64,000 bases of DNA, taken from positions 16,018,854-16,082,853 of the forward strand of contig NC_057749.1 of assembly GCF_004010195.1 (NCBI RefSeq). The letters run 5' to 3'. Source of the stretch: Chiloscyllium plagiosum (Eukaryota). A model generated the notes under the pieces. The model ran no database searches and had not been told where the DNA came from. It saw only the letters and a list, made by a program, of their open reading frames with translations. Shown piece by piece: positions 25,601 through 37,600 of this stretch (positions within the stretch are counted from its first letter, which is position 1; each line of letters begins with the position of its first letter). The position numbers were made by a program, and so were the translations under genes.

Positions 25601-28600
25601 TTTCGTCATTTATTTAATTGATTTGGATGTTAACATAGAAAGTACAGTTAGTAAGTTTGCAGATGACACCAAAATTGGAGGTGTAGTGGACAGCAAAGAG
25701 GGTTACCTCAGGTTACAATGGGATCTTGATCAGATGGGCCAATGGGCTGAGGAGTGGCAGATGGAGTTTAATTTAGATAAGTGTGAGCTGCTGCATTTTG
25801 GGAAAGCAAATCAGAGCAGGACATATACTCTTAATGGTAAGGTCCTAGCGAGTGTGGCTGAACAAAAATACCTTGGAGTGCAGGATCATAGCTCCTTGAA
25901 AGTGGAGTCACAGATAGATAGCAAAGTGAAGGCAGCATTTAGTATTTTTTTATTAGTCAGAGTTTTGAGTGCAGGAGTTGGGAGGTCATGTTGCGGCTTT
26001 ACAGGACATTGGTTAGGCCACTGTTGGAATATTGCGTGCAATTCTGGTCTCCTTCCTATGGAAAGAAATTGTGAAATTTGAAAGGGTTCAGAAAAGATTT
26101 ACAAGGAGGCTTTACAGGACATTGGTTAGGCCACTGTTGGAATATTGTGTGCAATTCTGGTCTCCTTCCTATCGGAAGGATGTTGTGAAACTTGAAATGT
26201 TCAGAAAAGATTTACAAGGATGTTGCCAGATTTGGAGGATTTGAATTACAGGGAGAGGCTGAATAGGCTGGGGCGGTTTTCCCTGGAAATTCGGAGGCTG
26301 AGGGGTGACCTTAGAGAGATTTATAAAATCATGAGAGGCAAGGATAGGGTAAATAGATAAGGTCTTTTCCCTGGGGTGGGGGAGTCTAGAACTAGAGGGC
26401 ATAGGTTTAGGGTGAGAGGGAAAAAATTTAAAAAAGGACTTAAGGGACAACATTTTCATTGTTTCATGCAGAGGGTGGTGTGTAAGGAACGAGCTGCCAG
26501 AGGAAGTGATGGAGACAAAAAACCGCAGGAATCCCACCTGTGCCTGCCTCTTTGTCGGCTATATCAAACAGTTCCTCGTCAGTACTTACACAAGCACTCT
26601 GCCTCAACTCTTCCACCGTTACATTGATGATTGCATCGCTGCAGCATCCTGCACCCAGGCTGAACTGGAGTAGTTCATAAACTTTGCTCACAACTTCTAC
26701 CCCATCCTCAAATTCACTTGGTCCATATCGGACACCTCCCTCCCATTTCTTGACCTCTCCATTTCCAGCTCTGGTGACAGACTCCAGATGGAAATTTATT
26801 ATAATCCCACAGACTCAACTACCTGGACGACATCTCCTCCCACCCAACTCCATCCTGGTCTCCCAATTCCTCCATCGCATCTGCTCAAAGAGATATTCCA
26901 CTCCCAAGCATCCCAGATGTCCACCTATTTTGAACAACGTGCTTTCCCCACCTCTGTCATCCACAACAACCCTCCACTGCACCACCTCCATTCCCTTTCC
27001 ACTGCTCTAAACTCCCCCCCTCCCCCTCAAACGCAATAAAGACAGCATTCCCCTTTTCCTCACCTATCAGTCTCTGGATCCAACACATTATCCTTAAACA
27101 GCTCCGCTAACTCAAACTCCACCCCACCAAGAACATCTTCCCCTCCCTACCCCTCTCCACCTTGTGCAAGGACAGTTTCCCTTGCCAATCCTTGGTTCGT
27201 GCCACTCTCCCCACCAACCCGCTGAACTCCCAGGTATCTTCCCTGCAAACAGAAAAGATGCAAAACCCCCGCCCCCCCACCCCCATCCAGGGCCACAAAC
27301 AGTCCTTCCAGGTGGTTCACCTGCCTCTCCTCCAACCTACTTTACTGTATCAGGTGCTCTTGGTGTGGCCTCTACATCGGGGAAGCCAAAACGTAAACAA
27401 AAGGAATATTTTGCCTGTCCTCCCAGTCACCGCCCATCATAATTCCCCTTTCGACTCCCTTTCTGACAATGACCATCCTTGGCCTCCTCCATTGCCACAA
27501 CAAATCAAACTGCAAACTGGAGGACCAACACCTCATCTTCCGCCTAGGTGGCCTGCAGCCCAGAGGACTCAACATTAATTAACTCCAATTTCAAATAACT
27601 TCCCTTCCCATCACCCGACTCCCTTCCCAGTCGCTCCCCATTCCATTCCTCTTATTGACCCTTCCTCTTCCAGGAACCAACCGGATTTATTCCTCCCATT
27701 GACCAACCAGGTCGTACCTTCTGTCTGTGTTCACCTAACCCCACCTCATCACCCTGCCCACCCACCCGCTTTATCTGCGGCTCCTCTTACACCCACCCCC
27801 AGTCCTGATGAAGGGTTACATCTGAAATGTTGAGTTCTTCATCTCCTGATGCTGCCTGGCTTGCAAAAGAAGTGATGGAGCTGGATAGGTATAGAATAGG
27901 AAGGGTTTGGAGAGATATGGGCCAAGTGCTGGCAAATGGGACTAGATTAGTTTAGGATATCTGGTCGGCATGGATAAGTTGGACCAAAGGGTCTATTTCC
28001 ATGCTGCACATCTCTATGACTGGAGGTGCATAGACTCAACACCCCATCCCCTGACTTATTCCTGACCTACAATGCGTCAGGGCATACAGTCCATGTCTAC
28101 TCCATTACCTTGTTGTAGTCCTCCTCTGTAAATATCTGATCCTTCTGCATGATCTCATGAAGCCTTGCTTTGACACGATGCTGACAACTGCTGAGGGAAT
28201 TGCTGTTACTGTCCAGTAGACCATTCATGTTGGCACTTTTCACCATCTGCACAAGAATTGGAGTTAGCTCACCCTCCAGTGCGAGAAGTCCCTGCAACCA
28301 AGCACACACACAGATGATTGATTAATTGATGTGGAGGGCCGTACTAGGAATAGTAACATTTCTTTACTCCATCAATTCAACTGATGGTATTAAACATCCC
28401 CTTTTTCTGGATTACAGGCATAAACCCCAAATGCATCAGTCTGATATCTCCCATAGTTCACATAAGCATGGACAGGGTGCATCATCATCTTGCTAACAAC
28501 ACCAATTTAATTTTGATATGTTTCCACTGGCCATTTCACATTTTGTTACAGTGACCCACCAGAAGCTGTCTAACCTGTTTGATGTTTATTTATTTAAACC

Positions 28601-31600
28601 AGTAGATAGCGCTTTGATTGTTCATATTTTACTGAAAATTATTGCAAATTGGGTTTCAGGATGCCCACAAAGCCAGCCTTCTATTCATTTACCTTGGCAA
28701 AAGCTGCTGCAGTCATCTGCACTCTGCCTTCATCAGATGCGTAGATCTTCAGATCATGCCTGTAGGTGCTGTGTAGACGAAGTAAGCCACAACCAGGAAA
28801 GCCAGCATAATCCCCTGGCGGCAAAGAGACCACTTCACTCAGCATTTAAAACTATATAATTGATTAGTTGGAACATCTGAACAGGAGAAGATCCATTCAT
28901 ACCCTCATGGCCTGCTCTGCTATCCAGGGGACACCAAGTTAAGGTGAATGACAAAAGAACCACTAGCAAGAAAGAAGGCCTTTTCACTCAGCAATACATA
29001 ATCTGCTGCGGACAGAATCAATCACAGTTTTCAAGAAAGATTTGGATGAGAACCCAAACACACAAAAAAAAAATTCTAGGACTACAGGGAAGTGGCGAGG
29101 TTGGGAAAAGTGTTAGAAATAGCTGAGTTGCTCTTGCAGAGAGCTGGTATAGGCCGAACGTGATTTTTAATCCTAGAATCATGTTGTGAATCTGTGATAC
29201 AGCCCTTCACAGGTCAATTTATGGGTAAGAAGAGAGACAGAAATTTCCTCTGGTCTTGAACTGTCATTGTCCTAGATTTTATACAATTTGTTTTCTGTTG
29301 CAGGTAACATACAGTGCTTTGGTTACAAACTATTTAATTCAAGGACTTCAATTAGGTGATTATATTAATAGGGGATGAGCTATCCTGGCATGACAGCTCA
29401 ATGCCAAGAAAAGCCCTTGAAATGACCCTTAGGGGCATTAGGTCTTCATATTTTACAGGTTTGGTCTTATTTCCCAGCTCAGTTAGAAACAATGCTCAAT
29501 GAACTCAGTTCATTCAGTGATATAAGCTGTTGTCTTTTATTTTTTCTTCTAACTATCCTTTGTCTCCTTTTTATTGCCACTTGAAGGTTGGCATGAGGCT
29601 TTCTTGTAAGAGACAAAGGCAAATTCCCCCATCTGTATCATCAGTATTGGGATCATAAGAATTGTAACAGCTTCTACCAAGAGCCAGATCATCACTGAGG
29701 CAGCTGCTCAGATTGGAAATCAAAGCCAGAGAAGATTCTGATTCTTAATATGTTGTTGCAGAGAAATTAAAGGGAACAAATCCATGGGAAAAGGGGATAG
29801 GAACCAACAGCACATTTTATTGGAAGCAGCAGAACCAATTCCACCATGCTTCCAGTATCCAGTTCAGGGTTGGAAAATGAACCCAGTCTAAACTGTGTTA
29901 GAAAGCTTTCTAAGCTAAATTTGGGGCACTTTCTAAAGTCTGGAAATAGTCCTGGGCACTTGGCAGATAGTCAGTCTGCAGTAGAGTGGGTAGACAAGGA
30001 GATACTGGCTTTGAAGGCAGCCAGTCAGTATCAAAAACTGCTGAGACTTTTCAATGATAGGGCCAACATTGATTGTTCTTGCCAACCTTGTCTCTACAGT
30101 ATAACACCATATAAAAAAAACCTGTTATGGTCAACAGAGTGCAAAAACCCCAAACTATTTACTACGATGTTTAAAAGCTCAACATACTGTCGAGTTGAAG
30201 AAGTGTTATTAAAATATTGGTTCTGTGAAATAAAGATGATTCTGTAGTTTGCAGAAACAGCACAAACCAAACTGATCAATAGTTCCAAAGGTAATGAGCC
30301 AGAACTGCTAAATACATATAATGGGGAAAACAAACAAAGCAATCGAGGGAGACCATTATTGTATATAGCTAGAATATGTGGGAATCATCCCACTATTATA
30401 TCATTAACCTTACTAATAATGTCTTAAAGGGACTGCATCCTTGGAGAATACTTCTAATAATAATCTGGATGCACATAGTCAGGCTATGGAAAAGGTTATA
30501 CTGAAGGAAGATTACAAGCAAATCAATAATGCTTCCATCTTAATCTTTAATGATGGATCTCTTGTGGGATTCCTTAGTATAAAGTGGATGATGTACTATC
30601 TTGCAGGCACATTAGTATTTTCCAATGTAATTCACAGCGTCCTTTTTATTAAGTTGCAGTGACATCCCAAAGGGGAGCTGGACAGTTAATGGGAAAACCT
30701 GTAAACAATGGAAAGTATTTAGTAGAATGCAAGACTAGTACATACCCTTAAAAGGTAAAAACTTCACTTGTGTAGTTAAGCAACCATAATCAACAAATGA
30801 GGTAAGAGAGACGGTACCAAGCTAAAATAAAAGGCTTATGTAAATATAAGGATAAAAGGGAACCAATGAAGAGGAGGAGCTATAAAAAGTAGCAAAGGGA
30901 TACAGAAAGTGTTAGGAGATATCAAAGTCAACAGAAGGATCTTTATGGATATATTCAAATAAATGGTAAGGTGCAAAGTAGGACCATTAAAAACAGATAC
31001 AGGCAACACTGGTCAATGGAGGATTTGAGGAAGAGGATGATTAATTAAGTATGAATATATCGGACTTATGGCTCAAGAATGGGCCATTTAGTCCAACCAG
31101 TACACACTCGTGTTTATGGTCCATTTGAGTCTCCTCTCATTAATATTTATCATGTGTTCCCTGCACCCCAAATACCTGTTTAGGTTATCCTTAAATGCAT
31201 CTATATTATTTGCTTCAGCCACTTTCTGTGGAGTCAGAGAGGCATACATGCAGAATTTGCCCATCGAGTCTGCACTGACAATAACTAGTGAGGTCCACAT
31301 TCTTATCATTCTTGGCTAAACAAGTTTTACAGAACTGAAATAACACTGGTGTAAGGAAACCGAGATGAAGTTGAGGAGAAGTACTTGGTGGATTTAATAC
31401 ATGTTTTAAAGAAAAAGTTCCTTCATTTCCCTGCAGTGATGTGCCAGTAGATGAATACATTACCGAATCAAAGTGAACAGAATTTAAGAATTTAAATTCC
31501 AGATCATTGGTACTATTAGAATAATGGTAGGTTCATTCATTTTGTGAATCACTCTGATTAGTCTATTGCACATCCGTTTTAACTGTTAGATAACGTACAG

Positions 31601-34600
31601 ATTAAATCAGTCCCAGGGCTGGACATGCAAAGAGGATGAATATAGTGTTAATTCATCACACACTGAGACAGGAAACACTCAATCAATCCCTTACCACAGT
31701 CAATGGGTGATTCACAGCTCAAACCTGTGTTGCTATCATCTAAATTCATTTAAAGGCAGGAGGGAAAGACAAATGAATTATTATTATTTAATCCTCATTC
31801 CCAAAGAAATTCTAAATGAACAGTAACTTGAATACATGCCACACTCCTAACATATAAAAAACGCCAAGACATCAAAGTTGCACACTGTCGAGTTCAAATT
31901 GGACAGGGAGAGAGACAATTGTGCGGAGTTTTAGCTGAAACCATCAACTTTAATGATGAATATTTGAATATAAGGAATCCCTTGTTCTCAAACAACTTTG
32001 TGTCAGGCAGGAGACACAGCCTCAGCAAAAGTAACTGAGCCTGAAATGATGGCTGCAAATGTAATTGTGCCCATTATACATAAAAAGTAACCCATGACAC
32101 CAAACAGGTACAACATCTAAATGAGAAAAAGGGAAATAACTGTAAGACATCATATATCCCAAGGTTGTGGAATCGAGATGGGAGGATACATTCACCGGTT
32201 GACATTTGCTGATTGCAATACAGCAAGCAGAGCAGGAACAAAACAAGTAAATTTTATTTATATTTAGGCTGTATTTCAAAGTGGTATTTAAGTCACAATA
32301 CAACAAACTAAAAATCAGATTGTTATCACTTCATTACTTTCCATTTCCCTCCTGCAGGAAACTACTTGCACTGGGCTGCAAATTCATGTTATTTGATGTT
32401 CATTAACTCACCCAGAAGCTAGACTTTATGTAAGGTTTTCAAATGGAGAAGACAAAACAACTGACCCTAACTGTAACATTCCAGTAGAGGTTTCTGAAGA
32501 GCATCCAAGCCACAAGTATCTTTGTGGATTTATTTCATCCCTTGCCTAGGGCCATCAAGGCAAATTGCTGTGCACCTTGCTGCCACACTTAAATTTCCCT
32601 ATACTGTAATGAGCAACCCTTGTGTTGCAAATTACAAAGTACCAAAAAGAATTAGAAATATAACAGTTCCTGGCATCACTAACACTTAACAGGAGACAAG
32701 ATTACCTTTTGAATAGCTGTGTGCTTTAAAATTAAACTGCTTCCTAAGATGCTATGTTTATGTTTCTAGTTTTCATGTCAAAGCTGAAAATTTTAAAAAT
32801 AGGTATGGTAAAGTCATTGATTTCTGCCTGGAATGAAAAGTGAATTATGGTTGCTGGCCCCAAAGTGATCCACCATTGACACCTCAGTCACCTACCCTGA
32901 CTTATTTCCCAAGAGTAGGTCAGGTTTTGCACCTTCTCTAGTACTGATCCACATACTGAATCAGAAAATTTTCTTGTACACTTAACAAATTCCTCTCCAT
33001 CTAAACTCTTAACACTATGGCAGTCCCAGTTTACTTTTGGAAAGTTAAAATCCCCTACCATAACCACCCTACTATTCTTACAGATAACTGAGATGTCCTT
33101 ACAAATTTGTTTCTCAATTTCCCTCTGACTGTTGGGAGGTCTATAATACATTCCCAATAAGGTGATCATCCCTTTCTTATTTCTCAGTTCCACCCAAATA
33201 ACTTCCCTGGCTGTATTTCTGGGAATATCCTCCTTCAGTACAGCTCTAATGTTGTCCCTTATCAAAACCGTCACTGTTCCTCCTCTCTTGCCTCCCTTTC
33301 TGTCCTTCCTGTAGCATTTGTATCCAGCAACATTAATCTGCCAGAATTGTATTTATAAATCCCCTAATAGTCAGCGGGAAATTGAGAAACAAATTTGTAA
33401 GGAGATCTCCGTTATCTGTAAGAATAATAGGATGGTTATGGTAGGGGATTTTAACTTTCCAAACATAGACTGGGACTGCCACAGTGTTAAGGGTCTAGAT
33501 GGAGAGGATTTTGTTAAGTGTGTACAAGAAAATTTTCTGATTCAGTATGTGGATGTACCTACTAGAGAAGGTGCAAAACTTGACCTACTCTTGAGAAATA
33601 AGTCAGGACAGATGACTGAGGTGTCAGTAGGGGAGCACTCTGGGACCAGCAACCATAATTCTATTAGTTTTAAAATAGCAAGGGAAAAGGATAGACCAGA
33701 TCTAAAAGCTGAAGTTCTAAATTGGAGAAAGGCCATTTTGACGGTATTATGCAAAAACTTTCAAAAGCTGATTGGGGGCAGATGTTCGCAGATAAAGGGA
33801 CGGCTGGTGAATGGGAAACCTTCAGAAATGAGATAACGAGAATCCAGAGAAAGTATATTCCTGTTAGGGTGAAAGGAAAGGCTGGTAGGTATTGGGAATG
33901 CCGGATGACTAAAGAAATTGAGGGTTTTGTTGAGAAAAAGAAGGAAGCATATGTCAGGTATAGACAGGATAGATCGAGTGAATCCTTAGAAGAGTATAAA
34001 GACAGTAGGAGTATACTTAAGAGGGAAATCAGGAGAGCAAATAGGGAACATGAGATAGCTATGGCAAATAGAACTAAGGAGAATCCAAAGGGTTTTTACA
34101 AATACACTAAGGACAAAAGAGTAACTAGGGAGAAAATAGGGCCCCTCAGCAAGGCAGCCTTTGTGTGGAGCCGCAGGAGGTGGGGGAGATACTAAACGAG
34201 TATTTTCCAACTGTGGGAAAGGACATGAAAGATATAGAATGTAGGGAAATAGATGGGGACACCTTGAAAAATGTCAATATTACAGAGGATGAAGTGCTGG
34301 ATGTCTTGAAATGCATAAAAAGTGGATAAATCCCCAGGACCTGATCAGGTGTAGCCTGGAACTCTGAGGGAAGATCGGGAAGTGATTGCTGGGCCTCTCA
34401 CGGAGATATTTGTATCATCGATAGTCATAGGTGAGGTGCCGGAAGACTAGACGTTGGATGCCATGGTGCCATTGTTTAAGAAAGGTGGCAAGGACAAGCC
34501 AGGGAACTATAGACCAGTAAGTCTGACATCTGTGGTGGGCATGTTGTTGGAGGGAATCCTGAAGGACAGGGTGTACATGTTTTGGAAAGACAAAGACTGA

Positions 34601-37600
34601 TTAAGGATAGGCAACGTGGCTTTGTTCATGGAAAATCATGTCTCACAAACTTGATTGAGTTTTTTTGAAGAAGTAACAAAGAGGATTGATGTGGGCAGAG
34701 CAGTAGATGTGATCTATATGGACCTCAGTAAGGCGTTCGACAAGGCTTCCCATGGGAGACTGGTTAGCAAGGTTAGATCTCATGGAATACAGGGAGAACT
34801 AGCCATTTGGATACAGAACTGGCTCAAAGGTAGAAGACAGAGGGTGGTGATGGAGGGTTGTTTTTCAGACTGGAGGCCTGTGACCAGGGTGCTGCATTTT
34901 GGGAAAGCAAATCTTAGCAGGACTTATACACTTAATGGTGAGGTCCTAGGGATTGTTGCTGATCAAAGAAGCTTGGAATGCATGCTCATAGCTCCTTGAA
35001 AGTGGAGTTGCAGGTAGATAGGATAGTGAAGGTGGCGTTTGGTATGCTTTCCTTTAATGGTCAGAGTACGGAGTACAGGAGTTGGGAGGTCATGCTGCGA
35101 CTGTACAGGACATTGGTTAGGCTACTGTTGGAATATTGCATGCAATTCTGGTCTCCTTCCTATCGGAAAGATGTTGTGAAACTTGAAAGGGTTGAGAAAA
35201 GATTCACAAGGATGTTGCCAGGGTTGGAGGATTTGAGCTATAGGGAGAGGCTGAACAGGCTGGGGCTGTTTTCCCTGGTACGTCGGAGGCTGAGGGGTGA
35301 CCTTATAGAGGTGTATAAAATCATGAGGGGCATGGATAGGATAAGTAGACAAAGTCTTTTCCCTGGGATGGGGGAGTCCAGAAGTAGAGGGCAGAGGTTT
35401 TGGGTCAGAGGGGAAAGATACAAGAGTGACCTAAGGGGCAACTTTTTCACGCAGAGGGTGGTACGTGTATGGAATGAGCTGCCAGAGGAAGTGGTGGAGG
35501 CTGGTACAATTGCAACATTTAAAAGGCATCTGGATGGGTATTTGAATAAGAAGGGTTTGGTGGGATATGAGCCGGGTGCTGGCAGGTGGTACTAGATTGG
35601 GTTGGGATATCTGGTTGGCATGGACCAGTTGGAGTGAAGGGTCTGCTTCCATGCTGTACATCTCTATGACTTTATAATGAATTTTATTCAAGTAATCAAG
35701 GTACGTTGATCCCAATCCAGCTAGCAACAGTGGAAACAGGGTCAAAGACTAAAATAATCCACAGTCTGAATCACGGATAAATCTCATCCTAGTAAAGCTG
35801 CATTCATAAAACATTAATAACCCCACAAAATTTGCCTAGAAATACAATCATGCTGTTATTTTAGGATGACTCAAACCTTCCAAGATACAACCTGTGGTGA
35901 CAAGACCATAAAATTAAAGGATTTTTGCAATCAGAAGCTAAATTTCCTGCCCTATCAAGTAATGCACAGCATCAGAAATATTCCAGTATGCATTCCTTCA
36001 CCTGCTTTGTTCACTATGTTGGTCTGCCCCAGAGGATTTCTATAAATTCTCCCCACGGCCATGTGAATCAGATGAGTCCAACTCTCACTATGTCACTGCT
36101 TTTTCAGCAATGTTTCTTACTGTTCAGACCCTGACCAGGAACTACATTCACCAATTACTCTTGGGATATCACTTTGTTTTAACTCTCGCATATTTTTGGT
36201 TACTTCAAGTGCCTTCTCATTGAAATTCAGGGAACAAAGTTATACTCTTTATAAACAACAAGCTGTGGCTATCACCCTGTGAGAATTAAAATACAAAACG
36301 CTTTGCAAGTGGAACTAGGAATTTTTTAAATTCAACACCAATTGGAAATGCACAAGAAGTTCTCTTACTCTTTTCCCCTTAAACCTTCTGATAGAGGAAT
36401 CACATAACTCCATGACTTCTGGGTAACCCTCACAAAATGAAACAATTCAACATTCTGATAGCAATAAAATCATAAGGTGTGAGAAACGACAGGGAAAGTT
36501 TCCTGTACACAGGCTACACGTCTTAGGGGAAAGCAAATCTCTGTAAGAGTTCTACTTTGGTGATCATCATGTTTTCCCATTCCATGAAAGGTTTGTGCTT
36601 GTAAAATAATTTTAATAATAGACAACAAAATTGAAAGAAACAATTTAAATGATATCTTAATGATTTGCAGCGAGAAAGAGAGTAAAGTGTCAAAGCTTTT
36701 AATATTGTGCATTAACTGTATATGTACTGAAGATCCCAGTACCTTGCCTACGGCTCCGGTTGCTGACGCTGAAAAGTCTCGGTTTTCTGGGAAAGTGTAT
36801 GTACCCATGAGACAAAACTCCAAAAACAGCCAACTGCAAACCTCCAGGCACAAACTTCAAACAGACAATCAGCAAAAGTAAACACAAGGAAAATGGAAAT
36901 AAGGACAAGAGCACTGGGGTTTCAAGGTATCATGCGATTCTAGGACCACAGGTTGGACATCTCTTCTCCAATGAGAGTTCCAGCGTCAATAAACCAGATT
37001 GCAGATGAACTAAATCACCTAATAAATATCACAGAAACAGTGTTGTACCATGCAGTTTCATTGATACTTGGATGGTTTATCAGCCACAAAATCCAACCAG
37101 ACAGCAAACTCTGGAGATTAATCTTGCGGAATAAAACTGGTTCTGCTATAACGCGGCAGTTCCGTTCCCATACAATCCCATGTTATAAGAAAATCGCGTA
37201 ATACTGACTATTTCAACTAACGGGGCCAAAACTGCATCATAACCAATATATGCTTTAAAAGTTTGCACTTTAGAAACAATGTCCCAATTCGTCAATCGCG
37301 TTAAAGTGAATTCGCATTAACGAAACACGTGTTATACACCTGTATAACATGGTACAGATGTTGCTGCATTTCCTGTATTGGGAATTAGTGGGTCTTGATT
37401 GTATCCCAGCGTTGTGTGTATGGTTGTATTCTGCTAGATTGAAATTGTTGCTCTCATAAGGCCTGCTCTCCAATAGAGCACCACCGATACTCAATGGAAA
37501 GTTTTATTCATGAGGTTTTAAAACTTCCTGCAAATACTCCTGTGAATCCTGGCACTACATGATTTCAAAGCAAATGGCTACAATTCAAATGGAGTCAACA

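Noticed and set aside
36470..36914. Cluster of 70-130 aa ORFs in an apparently unique intronic region
   Set aside because: No recognisable motifs or convincing exon boundaries, and the PPIP5K frame is already complete between exons 13 and 14.
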